NCBI GenBank assembly: GCA_903912795.1
Contig: CAIWIS010000237.1
Location: 15,736-79,735 of the forward strand
DNA from: an uncultured Bacteroidales bacterium
GTDB lineage: Bacteria; Bacteroidota; Bacteroidia; Bacteroidales; Paludibacteraceae
DNA length: 64,000 nucleotides
Direction of reading: 5' to 3'
Position numbers and translations under genes: made by a program. Positions within the stretch are counted from its first letter, which is position 1. The number at the start of each line of letters is the position of its first letter. Below are positions 42,176 to 51,701 of this stretch, piece after piece. Under the pieces are notes generated by a model. That model searched no databases. It had not been told where the DNA came from and was given only the letters and a program-made list of their open reading frames with translations.

Positions 42176-43296
42176 TGTCAATTAAATTGAGTCACTCAAG
42201 TAAAAATACTTATTTACAATGTGGCGAAAAATATCGCCTTCATTATTTAGAAAAATATCGTCCAGTAACTTTAAGTTCAGCATTAGTATTTGGTAGCGCG
42301 ATAGATAATTCATTAAACGTGATGCTTGAAAACAAAGACAATCCTGAAATATTAAAAATGACTATTGAAACATTTAATAGAAATTGGGAACAAGGAGAAA
42401 ATAGTCTACGACAAGTTGTGGACATGCCATTAAATCCTGATATTAAATATTCTAAATACGATCAAGATCCCGATCTTTTAGAAAAAAGCGATTGGGCAGA
42501 ACTTTTTAAATATGATAAAAGTTTTTTTGAAACTAAAAGTGAAATTGAAACTTTAATGAGTGAAGTTGATTGGGTTGATATTTCTGAAGAAAAAAGACGT
42601 ATTTATAATTATTATAATTGGTTATGTTTAAAGAAAAAAGCTGAATTACTTTTAACTGCTTATTATAATGATATTTTGCCTAATTTTAAAACAATTATTG
42701 CTGTTCAAAAAAAAGTAGAATTAATAGATGAAGCTGGTAATAATTTAAATGGAGTTATTGACTTTGTTGCAGAATTACAGGACGGTAGGATTGCAATAGT
42801 TGATAATAAAACGACTTCAACTGAATATGAAGAAGACGCTGTTGCGACATCAGAACAATTAGCTACATATCAAGCTATTTTAAATATTTTTGCACACGAC
42901 ACGGACAATGATTGGAAACATGAAATTAAAGCATGTGCTTACGCTGTAATGAGTAAAAAATTAATTAAAGATGTTAAAAAAGTATGTAAATCTTGCGGAA
43001 AAGAAAATACTAGCACTCATAAAACTTGTGATAATGTAGTTAATGGTAGCCGATGTAACGGAGAGTTTGAAAAAACAAAAAGCTTTAAAGTTAAAACTCA
43101 ATTTATTCCAGGTACTATTAATGAAGAATTTGAACATGCTGTAATAGAAAATGCTACAACGGTAAAATCATGTATTGAAATGGGATTATTTCCTAAAAAC
43201 TATTCTAGTTGTGAAAATCAATTTGGTAGTCCATGCCCATTTATTCATTTATGCCATGGAAAAAATCCTAAAGGTTTAGTTAAATTAGAAAAATAA
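42175..43296 (+). CDS. PD-(D/E)XK (Cas4/RecB-like) exonuclease with an Fe-S cysteine set and an inserted zinc ribbon
   Basis: 373 aa. GVIDFVAEL...IAIVDNKT nuclease core, QLATYQ, N-terminal Cys (YLQCGEKY), C-terminal C-x8-C-x5-C (CENQFGSPCPFIHLC), and an insert CKSC...CDN...C. Confidence 0.7.
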   Translation: MSIKLSHSSKNTYLQCGEKYRLHYLEKYRPVTLSSALVFGSAIDNSLNVMLENKDNPEILKMTIETFNRNWEQGENSLRQVVDMPLNPDIKYSKYDQDPDLLEKSDWAELFKYDKSFFETKSEIETLMSEVDWVDISEEKRRIYNYYNWLCLKKKAELLLTAYYNDILPNFKTIIAVQKKVELIDEAGNNLNGVIDFVAELQDGRIAIVDNKTTSTEYEEDAVATSEQLATYQAILNIFAHDTDNDWKHEIKACAYAVMSKKLIKDVKKVCKSCGKENTSTHKTCDNVVNGSRCNGEFEKTKSFKVKTQFIPGTINEEFEHAVIENATTVKSCIEMGLFPKNYSSCENQFGSPCPFIHLCHGKNPKGLVKLEK

Positions 43297-43298
43297 TA

Positions 43299-43326
43299 TT
43301 GACTTTAATTAAAATTTTGTTATAAT
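43299..43326 (+). promoter_or_regulatory. sigma-70-like promoter TTGACT-16-TATAAT
   Basis: ATTGACTTTA...TTATAATATCT, nearly the same as the promoter at 60497. Confidence 0.6.
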
Positions 43327-43346
43327 ATCTTTAAAGGAAATTAAAT

Positions 43347-43634
43347 ATGTCTAAAAATCCCAAACAAGTAAAGCCGCAAGAATTAAAGCAAGATGCGCAG
43401 GACCTCAAGGATGAGGCTAATTCTATGGAAGATTATTCATATACTGACACGACTTTTTGTCCGGTATGGAATGAAACTTTTAAAAGATATGATATGCTAA
43501 CAATTAGAATTAATCGTAATAGCGAAAAATGTTTTGTTGACAAACGTGAAGCAACAAGATATGATACTAATTATAGAGCATTAGATGATTTGATTAAAAG
43601 AATTTCTGATTTTTTTATTAAAGGAGAAAAATAA
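43347..43634 (+). CDS. hypothetical protein
   Basis: 95 aa, AAGGA SD. Confidence 0.6.
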   Translation: MSKNPKQVKPQELKQDAQDLKDEANSMEDYSYTDTTFCPVWNETFKRYDMLTIRINRNSEKCFVDKREATRYDTNYRALDDLIKRISDFFIKGEK

Positions 43635-44251
43635 TGTCTGCATTAATTTATAAAAAAATGTCTGAAGTTATGAAAGACATTGGTGCTATTGGTAAAAATC
43701 AAAAAAATACTGCACAAGGTTTTAAATTTCGAGGCATTGATGATATGGTTAATAGTTTATATCCAGCTTTAACTAAACATAGTGTATTTATGTCACCACG
43801 TTGTGTATCCGAAAAACATGAAGTTCGTACTGTTGTTAGAAGTAATGGTAAAGAAGGCGTTGATAAAACTGTTAGTCTCTCTATGGAATACGATTTTTTT
43901 GCAGAAGACGGGTCTAAAGTAACTATCGGTCCAATTCCAGCAGAAGGTCTGGATTCTGGAGATAAAGCTACTAATAAAGCTTTATCCGCAGCACTTAAAT
44001 ATGCACTTATTCAAACATTTAGTATTCCAACTGAAGACATGGCCGAAGCTGATCTAGAAAGTCCTGAACTTGGTAAAAATAAAGTTATTGATACTAAGGT
44101 CAATGCTGCAACATCTACTGTAGTAATAACTTCTACAGGACAAGATGCCCCAATACAATTACCAGCTAAAGCTAAAGTTGATTGGAACGCTCTTAAAAAA
44201 GCTAAAACTCAAAAACAAGAAGAATCTAAAAGTGAAGGAGATTTATACTAA
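43634..44251 (+). CDS. ERF-family single-strand annealing protein (candidate)
   Basis: 205 aa. The N-terminal ...GAIGKNQKNTAQGFKFRGIDDMVNSLYPAL... resembles the ERF signature, and the gene lies next to the exonuclease. Confidence 0.5.
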   Translation: MSALIYKKMSEVMKDIGAIGKNQKNTAQGFKFRGIDDMVNSLYPALTKHSVFMSPRCVSEKHEVRTVVRSNGKEGVDKTVSLSMEYDFFAEDGSKVTIGPIPAEGLDSGDKATNKALSAALKYALIQTFSIPTEDMAEADLESPELGKNKVIDTKVNAATSTVVITSTGQDAPIQLPAKAKVDWNALKKAKTQKQEESKSEGDLY

Positions 44252-44694
44252 TGGAAGTACAAAATGTAGTAATTGAAGAAGAAGTAGTTCAAACCGAAGT
44301 AAGTCCTGAACAAAATGCTGAATCATTTCGTATGATGGCCGAAATGCGAAGAGATGCTTACGCTCAATTAGTATCAATTCATTTACAATCTTTAACTAGA
44401 ATTATGATGGCAACTAATGGAGTTTCACAACTTGAAAAACGTCAAGCTAATAAAGCATTGGTTGAAGCTGTCGATTTTGCTCTTAATTTTGGTATTAAAG
44501 ATAATAATACTATTAGAGATAAAGGTACTGTATTAGCTAAAGAAACAAATAATCTTGCTGGAATATTAGTTCAAGCTCTGGACAATAGAATGTTGTTACT
44601 TGCTGATAACATGAAACGACAAGAAGAAAAAGATGCTGCTGATGCTGCAATGGTTGCTGCTGAAGTAGTTAATAAAGAAAAACAAGGAGAATAA
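44251..44694 (+). CDS. hypothetical helical protein
   Basis: 147 aa, GGAG SD. Confidence 0.6.
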   Translation: MEVQNVVIEEEVVQTEVSPEQNAESFRMMAEMRRDAYAQLVSIHLQSLTRIMMATNGVSQLEKRQANKALVEAVDFALNFGIKDNNTIRDKGTVLAKETNNLAGILVQALDNRMLLLADNMKRQEEKDAADAAMVAAEVVNKEKQGE

Positions 44695-44695
44695 A

Positions 44696-44956
44696 ATGGC
44701 TGAAAAAACTGGATATAAACCACCACGCAATCATGTAGGTTATGTTACTAAATCTAAAGCTGGTAACATTGTTATTAAAGTTGAACAAGATATGGTACTT
44801 AAAAAAGGTGATACACTTATTCAACGTAAACCTAAAGATAATTTAGAATCTCTTCTTAAAGCTGGTATTATTGATGAAGAGAAATTTGAACAACGTGTAG
44901 AAAAAATTCCTGATTGGAAACTATACGAAGTTAGTAAAATTGAATCTAAAGAATAA
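44696..44956 (+). CDS. hypothetical protein
   Basis: 86 aa, AAGGAG SD. Confidence 0.6.
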   Translation: MAEKTGYKPPRNHVGYVTKSKAGNIVIKVEQDMVLKKGDTLIQRKPKDNLESLLKAGIIDEEKFEQRVEKIPDWKLYEVSKIESKE

Positions 44957-44989
44957 GACAAGAAGTCGCTCCAAGCAAGGAAGCTATTT

Positions 44990-45019
44990 AGCCCTGGTGC
45001 AATGCCAGGGCTTTTTTTA
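44990..45019 (+). terminator. rho-independent terminator
   Basis: GCCCTGG-tgcaatg-CCAGGGC followed by T7. Confidence 0.8.
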
Positions 45020-45028
45020 TTTAAAAAA

Positions 45029-45057
45029 TTGATTTTATAATTTCATTATGCTATATA
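45029..45057 (+). promoter_or_regulatory. sigma-70-like promoter TTGATT-17-TATATA
   Basis: Read directly from the sequence; a weaker match than the others. Confidence 0.4.
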
Positions 45058-45078
45058 TATATAATATAAGGATAAATT

Positions 45079-45291
45079 ATGAAAATTCCATTTGGTAAAC
45101 ATAAAGGTATGAACATAGAGGAAATTCTAGATAGTTACTTGATTTGGTTGGAAAGCATCGCAAAACAAGACTTAAAGCAATCTTGCTTGATAGAAATAGC
45201 TAAACGATTTAAGTTAAGAGTATTAGAAGAAACTGATAGTGAGCTAGATGATCTAAATGGTTATGCTGGCCCTGAGTGGTGGAAGGATTGA
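45079..45291 (+). CDS. DUF3820-like small protein
   Basis: MKIPFGKHKGMNIEEILDSYLIWL matches the FGK(Y/H)KG...YL.WL signature as I recall it. Confidence 0.45.
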   Translation: MKIPFGKHKGMNIEEILDSYLIWLESIAKQDLKQSCLIEIAKRFKLRVLEETDSELDDLNGYAGPEWWKD

Positions 45292-45293
45292 AA

Positions 45294-45533
45294 ATGATCT
45301 TAGCTAATTATGTTTATTTTGATAAAACTTCAAGTTTATATAGAAAAAGTAATCAATCTTTATTGATTAACCCTAATTATATTGTTACAATTGAACCAAG
45401 AGATAATTTAGGATTACCAAAAGAAGACGGTCTTGGTCAAATTTATATAGTTTGTACGGTAAATGATTATCATAGTACCAGTTTGCTAGTTTGTAGCGAA
45501 GATCTAGATGAAATGTATGGGGTGAAATTATGA
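45294..45533 (+). CDS. hypothetical protein
   Basis: I prefer ATG 45294 (GGAAGGA SD) to the overlapping track start at 45276. Confidence 0.5.
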   Translation: MILANYVYFDKTSSLYRKSNQSLLINPNYIVTIEPRDNLGLPKEDGLGQIYIVCTVNDYHSTSLLVCSEDLDEMYGVKL

Positions 45534-45856
45534 AACGAAGTGAAATGCTAAAAATATTAGAAACAAGATTTAAAGAAATTGGCCTTAATATAACTCCATC
45601 GGTATTGGCCGAAAGTGTTATGAGGATGGTGGAAGATGCTGGTATGCAACCCCCTAATATAACTTTAAATGAACTTTTGGCTAGTGAATTGACGTATATT
45701 GGACAAGAAAAGTATTATTATGCTTGTTGGGAACCTGAAACAAAGCTTACTAATGAAGAATTTATACAAAAAACTAAAGTATTGGTTGATCAAGCTATAA
45801 CTAATATTGGTAAATCATTGGAAATAGCATTGGAGACAGAAAATGAAACGAAGTGA
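45530..45856 (+). CDS. MKRSEM paralog-family protein
   Basis: MKRSEMLKIL...AGMQPPNITL...WEPE. Confidence 0.6.
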   Translation: MKRSEMLKILETRFKEIGLNITPSVLAESVMRMVEDAGMQPPNITLNELLASELTYIGQEKYYYACWEPETKLTNEEFIQKTKVLVDQAITNIGKSLEIALETENETK

Positions 45857-46076
45857 GATGATTGATCACATTTATGAAGAAATAAAAGAGTTTTTAGAAA
45901 AAAGACAATATTCAAATGAAACTGATGAAAAGTATTGGAAAAGAAGATCTGCAGCCATATTAGACATGCTATTAGGGTTTGACATGCTACCACCAGCAAG
46001 GATGAGATATATCGAAACTGAAAACGGCAATACTTTGTGTTCTGAGGATTGCAGCTGGGAAGCAGAAAATGAATAA
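45843..46076 (+). CDS. MKRSEM paralog-family protein
   Basis: MKRSEMIDHI...FDMLPPARM...WEAENE. Confidence 0.6.
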   Translation: MKRSEMIDHIYEEIKEFLEKRQYSNETDEKYWKRRSAAILDMLLGFDMLPPARMRYIETENGNTLCSEDCSWEAENE

Positions 46077-46150
46077 ACTTCTTGTAATTAGATGAGTTTT
46101 AACTTATTATTACTTAATAAACAATTAAAATTTTTAAATAGGAAAATAAT

Positions 46151-48166
46151 ATGTTTTATAGATGTTTTTCAACTGGTGTTCATAAACGTAAACTTATTCC
46201 ATTTGATGCAGACTATTTAACTAAAGTCACTGAAACTATAGGACAAAATCCAGATAAAGATTATTATGAATCTATTTATCTTTATAATGATGAACATTTC
46301 AAAAGATTTCAGGAAAAAAACAGTTTGGCGGGCATTACTGATGTAAAGACTGATAGACTTGTTTTTGATTTTGATAGTAAAAATGATGTAACTAAAGCGT
46401 TGAATGATGCCCAAACTCTAGTTGATAGACTTTTAGTTACTTATGAAATTACTTTTGAAGCGGTTAGAATATTTTTTTCAGGATCTAAGGGGTTTCATGT
46501 TGAAATCCATTTAAATGAATCATTAAGCCGCCCTGAATTTGAAAGTATTGTAGAAAATGTCGCAGGGGATTTAGAAACATTTGATACAGCAATTAAAGAT
46601 CAACAAAGATTATTTAGATTTCCTTTAACTAAAAACGATAAAACTAAAAGATTTAAAATACCATTATCAATAGATCAATTATTTGATTTGTCTTTAGAAG
46701 ACATACAAAAATTATCGCTCCACAACGATGAACCGTCTTTTTATGACATTTTAAGTTCATATATAACAATTGATTTACCTAAAGAATTTAAAACTATGAA
46801 AAAAGAATCTAAAAAAGAAAAAACTAAAACTGTTGAAACAATTTCTGAACAAACTGATATACCAGACATGTCCAGAAAACCCAAACATTTAACTCCAGCT
46901 AAATATGTTATTCAAGAAGGTTATTTTGAAGAAGGTGAACGCAATGAAGCTTGTATGATTCTTGCTTCAACTTATCGCTATCTTGGATATAATAAAGAAC
47001 ATGCTTATAACATGTTAAAAGCAACATTAAGACTTCGCTCTCATAGATTAGGTATTCCTGAATATGATAAAGAAGAATTGTGGCGTACTATTGTTGAACC
47101 TGTTTTTAGTCCTTTATGGAAAGGTGGAGTTTATTCTGAAGAAGAAGGACTTTTAGCCAAAACCATTAAGCGTTATAAATTAGATAAAATTTCAATTCAA
47201 GATGTTGGATTAGTATCATTAACTAGTGTTGCTGATTATTTTAAAGATTTTGCAATTAATATTGATAAAAATACAATTCGTCTTGGTATTAAAGAAATTG
47301 ATGAAAAAGTTAGAGTAACAACTTCAATGTTAGTTTGTTTACTTGCAGCCCCTGGTGCCGGTAAAACTTCAATTAGTTTGGGTATCCTTAATACAATTTC
47401 TAATAATGATGAAAAAGCTATTTTCTTTTCTTTAGATATGGGTGTGCCGCAAGTTTATCAGCGTATTATTCAAAGACATACTGGCGAAAAAGCTGATAAA
47501 ATTTTAGATAATTATAAGAATAATAACATTGTAAAAATTAACGAATACAATGAAGCCCTTATGAGAGAATATAAAAATGTTAAATTTTGTTTTAGAAGTG
47601 GAATGACAACTGAACATATTAAAGAAAGTTTAATTTATGAACGTGATGTTACAGGAACTTCACCAAAGCTTATTGTGATTGACTATTTAGAATGTATTCA
47701 AGGTCCATTTAGTGATAGTAATGCCAATAAAGCATTAATTGCTACACAACTTAAAGATATTGCTAATGAATTTGGCGTTTGTGTATTTTTATTAGTTCAA
47801 CCAGCTAAACAATCTGGAGACCCTTCACAAGAATTAACTAGTTATACTCAAATTAAAGGATCATCAGTTTTGGGTGAAGCTGCTTCAGTAGTATTTACTA
47901 TGTACCGTCCTGGGTTTTCACCTAAAAGTCCTGAAGATGATAAGTATTTAACTATAAATGTTGTTAAAAATCGAATGGGCGAATTAAGTTCTACGGATTT
48001 AGGATGGACAGGACTAACGGGTAACATTCATTCATTAAGCACAGAAGAAAAAAGAGATCTAAATAGTTTGAGGGCAGCAATTGCTGCAGCGACACAACAA
48101 GGAGATGCCGATGAATTGTATGCCCAAAAAACCTCTAGCAAAAAATATGGAGGAGATTTATATTAA
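46151..48166 (+). CDS. bifunctional AEP-type primase(-polymerase) / DnaB-like (SF4) helicase
   Basis: 671 aa. AEP motifs LVFDFDS, SGSKGFHVEIH and FDTAIKD..RLFRFP. The C-terminal half has Walker A APGAGKTS and Walker B LIVIDYLE. Confidence 0.8.
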   Translation: MFYRCFSTGVHKRKLIPFDADYLTKVTETIGQNPDKDYYESIYLYNDEHFKRFQEKNSLAGITDVKTDRLVFDFDSKNDVTKALNDAQTLVDRLLVTYEITFEAVRIFFSGSKGFHVEIHLNESLSRPEFESIVENVAGDLETFDTAIKDQQRLFRFPLTKNDKTKRFKIPLSIDQLFDLSLEDIQKLSLHNDEPSFYDILSSYITIDLPKEFKTMKKESKKEKTKTVETISEQTDIPDMSRKPKHLTPAKYVIQEGYFEEGERNEACMILASTYRYLGYNKEHAYNMLKATLRLRSHRLGIPEYDKEELWRTIVEPVFSPLWKGGVYSEEEGLLAKTIKRYKLDKISIQDVGLVSLTSVADYFKDFAINIDKNTIRLGIKEIDEKVRVTTSMLVCLLAAPGAGKTSISLGILNTISNNDEKAIFFSLDMGVPQVYQRIIQRHTGEKADKILDNYKNNNIVKINEYNEALMREYKNVKFCFRSGMTTEHIKESLIYERDVTGTSPKLIVIDYLECIQGPFSDSNANKALIATQLKDIANEFGVCVFLLVQPAKQSGDPSQELTSYTQIKGSSVLGEAASVVFTMYRPGFSPKSPEDDKYLTINVVKNRMGELSSTDLGWTGLTGNIHSLSTEEKRDLNSLRAAIAAATQQGDADELYAQKTSSKKYGGDLY

Positions 48167-48303
48167 TGAAATATTTAATTAGCATATTTTTAATTGGATG
48201 TTCAACTAATTCTGTAAAAAATGATAATAAACGCTTGAAACCTAAAGGTACTTGTGTTAGAATTATACCTAAAGGAAGAGAAGTTATAGTACCTTGCAAT
48301 TAA
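48166..48303 (+). CDS. 45-aa lipoprotein (below the track cut-off)
   Basis: GGAGGAG SD, TAATG overlap. MKYLISIFLIGC lipobox (L-I-G-C). Confidence 0.45.
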   Translation: MKYLISIFLIGCSTNSVKNDNKRLKPKGTCVRIIPKGREVIVPCN

Positions 48304-48430
48304 AATTATAAAAATACAAGATTATATAAGTTATAGGAGGTTATTCACATTATACGATAATTTTATTATGTAGGATAAATTGAATTATGAATTTAGCAAA
48401 TTTTTTTAAATTAAAGGATATTAAATAATT

Positions 48431-50614
48431 ATGTTTTCATTAGAAACGATCAAAGGTAAATACATTCAATCAACCTTTACCTTGTCAAGTTTGACCTCAT
48501 CTGGATCAATTTCAGATTCTTATTTCACCAATTACAATAATATTTCAAAAGTAATTGTAAAATTAAAATCGACTCAAGGTAGTCAAGAAATTCTTATTAC
48601 TTTTTCATTGCCACAAGCTTATGATGGAGTAGCTGATTTAACTAGCGCAGTCTATGTAAGTCCTAGTGCTCGTGATTCGTTTGAATTAGCGTGGATTTTG
48701 GTATTTGATAAACAGGGTGGATATTATACTGTTAAAGCATCACAATTAGCGTCCGCTGCGGATTTTGCCGTAACTTTTACAAGTACCGAAATTGACCCAA
48801 GTATTCCAAATGGACAACCTACTATTCCTGGACAAGTACTAGTAACTCCTGGTGTTTATGAAAATGTTACAGTAGATGCTCTTGGACGAGTAGTTAGTGG
48901 TTCTAATCCAAGTACTCTAGTTGGTTATGGAATTACTGATGCTGTTAAAAATGAAGGTGGAGTACACTCATTCCAGTCAGGTACTAATGCTGAACGTCTA
49001 GCAATTTCTTCACCAGTTGAAGATTCAATTTTTATCGCATTGGATACTAGCATTATTTACATGTATAATAATGGTGCTTGGGTTGCATTGTCTGGCGATA
49101 CTACAGCAATTACTGCAGATATTGCAGCAGAAACTTCAGCTCGTGAAGCTGCTGATACAGCATTATCTAGTAGTCTAGATTCTGAAGTATCTAATAGAAT
49201 TAGTTCATTAGCTCAAGAAACTTCAGCACGTCAATCAGCAATTTCTAGCTTGCAATCTAGTATTGCTTCAGAAGCCGCAAATAGAAGTTCTGGAGATTCT
49301 TCAACATTAGCTTCAGCGCAAAGCTATACTGATGGAAAAATTTCAGATTTAATCAACGCAGCTCCTGCAGCTCTTGATACATTAAAAGAAATTGCCGATC
49401 AAATGTCTTCAGATGAAAGTGCGGCATCAGCATTAGTTTCAGCATTAGCTACAGAAACTGCTGCACGTTTATCTGGTGATTCAGCAGAAGCTTCCGATAG
49501 ACAAGCTGCCGATTCAAATTTGCAAATGCAATTAAATTCAATGACTCCATATTTAGAATTTACCGATCATACTGATTCAAATCTTGGAGTACATGGTGTT
49601 ACCGGACATTTAGTTGGTACTACAGATATTCAAGTATTAAAAGGTAAAACTATTAATGCTCAAGAAAATAGTATTGACAATATTTCTAATGCGGAAATTA
49701 GTGCGTCAGCAAATATTGCTCATTCTAAAATGGCCCCATTAACTTCATCTAAAGCTGTTGTAACTGATGGATCTGGAGTAGTTTCATCATCATCAGTATC
49801 TGCAGACGAATTGTCCAGATTATCTGGAGTTAGTTCTAATGTTCAAACTCAATTGGACGCTAAAGCGTCTTCAGCTAGTTTGACATCACATGCTACAGTT
49901 TCATCTAGTGTTCACGGTGTTACGGGTTCTGTTGTAGGTACTTCCGATACCCAGACTTTAACAAACAAAACTATTGATGCTTCAAGCAATACAGTATCTA
50001 ATCTTGGAAATAGTAGTATTAGCACATCAGCAAATATTGCTCATTCTAAGATGGAAACTTTAGCTGCATCAAAAGCTGTTGTAACTAATTCTTCTGGGGT
50101 GGTTGAAGTTTCTTCTGTAACTTCAGCAGAACTAGGACAATTGTCTGGAGTATCTAGTCCAGTTCAAACTCAGTTAGATGCTAAAGCGTCTTCAGCTAGT
50201 TTAACTTCACATGCTAGTACTTCATCTGGTGTTCATGGTGTGACTGGATCAGTAGTTGGAACTAGTGATGCTCAAACGCTAACTAATAAAATTATTGATG
50301 CGTCAAGCAATACAGTATCTAATGTAGCTAATGCTAATATTAGTGCGTCAGCAAATATTGCTCATACTAAAATGGCAGCATTAGCTGCAAGTAAAGCATT
50401 AGTTTCTGATAGTTCAGGAATTGTTGGAGTATCTGCAGTAACTTCTACAGAACTAGGACAACTAGCTGGAGTTACTAGTGCGGTTCAAACTCAATTGGAC
50501 GCTAAAGCTCCTTCAACCAATTTTATTGGTAAAGCTGGTAGTGCAGAATCTGGTACTTCAGGATTTGCAACATATACTGATGCGGTATCGTCTAAGCCTA
50601 CTGATGGCGTTTAA
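48431..50614 (+). CDS. orphan mosaic tail-fibre protein inside the replication block
   Basis: 727 aa. TLVGYGITDA and LINAAPAALDTLKEIADQ fibre motifs, SRQSA-type coiled-coil repeats like 17836-20565, and three ~90-aa repeats like 2521-3741. Ends ...GFATYTD....P.DGV, as 2521-3741 does. Confidence 0.75.
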   Translation: MFSLETIKGKYIQSTFTLSSLTSSGSISDSYFTNYNNISKVIVKLKSTQGSQEILITFSLPQAYDGVADLTSAVYVSPSARDSFELAWILVFDKQGGYYTVKASQLASAADFAVTFTSTEIDPSIPNGQPTIPGQVLVTPGVYENVTVDALGRVVSGSNPSTLVGYGITDAVKNEGGVHSFQSGTNAERLAISSPVEDSIFIALDTSIIYMYNNGAWVALSGDTTAITADIAAETSAREAADTALSSSLDSEVSNRISSLAQETSARQSAISSLQSSIASEAANRSSGDSSTLASAQSYTDGKISDLINAAPAALDTLKEIADQMSSDESAASALVSALATETAARLSGDSAEASDRQAADSNLQMQLNSMTPYLEFTDHTDSNLGVHGVTGHLVGTTDIQVLKGKTINAQENSIDNISNAEISASANIAHSKMAPLTSSKAVVTDGSGVVSSSSVSADELSRLSGVSSNVQTQLDAKASSASLTSHATVSSSVHGVTGSVVGTSDTQTLTNKTIDASSNTVSNLGNSSISTSANIAHSKMETLAASKAVVTNSSGVVEVSSVTSAELGQLSGVSSPVQTQLDAKASSASLTSHASTSSGVHGVTGSVVGTSDAQTLTNKIIDASSNTVSNVANANISASANIAHTKMAALAASKALVSDSSGIVGVSAVTSTELGQLAGVTSAVQTQLDAKAPSTNFIGKAGSAESGTSGFATYTDAVSSKPTDGV

Positions 50615-50638
50615 TATAAAAAATTATTAAATTAATTT

Positions 50639-50663
50639 AAGGCCCTGAAAAGGGCCTTTTTTA
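50639..50663 (+). terminator. rho-independent terminator
   Basis: AAGGCCC-tgaaaa-GGGCCTT followed by a T run. Confidence 0.8.
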
Positions 50664-50692
50664 TTGACAATTGTCTAACTTTTTGTTATTAT
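50664..50692 (+). promoter_or_regulatory. sigma-70-like promoter TTGACA-17-TATTAT
   Basis: Read directly from the sequence, immediately after the terminator. Confidence 0.5.
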
Positions 50693-50709
50693 TCATTTAC
50701 GGAGTAAAT

Positions 50710-50976
50710 ATGGAAGTAAAAGGCAATTTAATTATTTTAACTTTTGATAGATATGAAAATAAAGAAGAATTAAATGATGCATTAAATGCTACAAGTTATA
50801 AAATAGCTCTTATTGAAATAGCTGAAAAAATATTTAGACCAAATAGAAAATATGGCTATAGCGATGAAACATTAATAAAATTAAGAGAATCGAATGAAGT
50901 AGCTGAAGCTATTGATATATTAGAAAATATGTTTTTTGATATTTTAAATGAAAGAAAAATAGAATTATATGAGTGA
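50710..50976 (+). CDS. hypothetical protein
   Basis: Uses ATG 50710 (GGAG SD). The track start at 50671 lies inside the promoter. Confidence 0.55.
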   Translation: MEVKGNLIILTFDRYENKEELNDALNATSYKIALIEIAEKIFRPNRKYGYSDETLIKLRESNEVAEAIDILENMFFDILNERKIELYE

Positions 50977-51211
50977 AAAAATTTTTGAATTAAAACAAAA
51001 AATAAATAAACTTATCGAAGAACGTCCTGAATATAAACAGTTTCAATTAGATTTAGAAACTAGATTAAAAAATGCCGGAAGTTCACATAATAGAATGATT
51101 TTATTAAAAATGTTAATGAGTGAAAATGTATTAAAATTACAAGAGGCATTGCTTGATTTAAAAACTAGTGTCCAAAAAGCTCATCATAATAATAGTTCCG
51201 ATATTGAATAA
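50969..51211 (+). CDS. hypothetical coiled-coil protein
   Basis: 80 aa. The 3' end overlaps the convergent minus-strand gene. Confidence 0.5.
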   Translation: MSEKIFELKQKINKLIEERPEYKQFQLDLETRLKNAGSSHNRMILLKMLMSENVLKLQEALLDLKTSVQKAHHNNSSDIE

Positions 51212-51593
51212 AAATTGAACTACTAAATATAACGCTATCCATTAAACTAACCGGATAATTATTTCTATATAAATCGTTATGTTCTAAATTTAATAAACAA
51301 TGACCTAATTCATGTGCCATAATTTGTTCTCTATCTTGTGGCATATCTACCCAATATTTTTTATCTATAAAAATTTTATTATTATCAACGCCAGTTTCAC
51401 AAACACCCATCGCAGATTCTTCTAAATCCGCAAAATCTATTGTAATATCTTTAACTGAATAAAATTTATTACGTTTAATACCTTCAGCTAAAACTATATT
51501 TACGACAGGCATTAATTCTGGATTTTGATAAGCTATTGGTGGAAATTGATTGCAACCTGATACAATTAATGATAATAACAATATACTTTTCAT
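51165..51593 (-). CDS. lipoprotein zinc metalloprotease (metzincin-like)
   Basis: 142 aa. Signal plus lipobox MKSILLLSLIVSGC, and HELGHCLLNLEH (HExxHxxxxxH). The only minus-strand gene in the replication block. Confidence 0.55.
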   Translation of the reverse strand: MKSILLLSLIVSGCNQFPPIAYQNPELMPVVNIVLAEGIKRNKFYSVKDITIDFADLEESAMGVCETGVDNNKIFIDKKYWVDMPQDREQIMAHELGHCLLNLEHNDLYRNNYPVSLMDSVIFSSSIFIQYRNYYYDELFGH

Positions 51594-51701
51594 GTAATAA
51601 GTTTAATATATTTATTACATAATATCAAGTATTTTAATTTTTAATTATTAAATTGATTATTAAATTTAATTATGTAATAATATTCTCAGGAGATTTAATT
51701 G

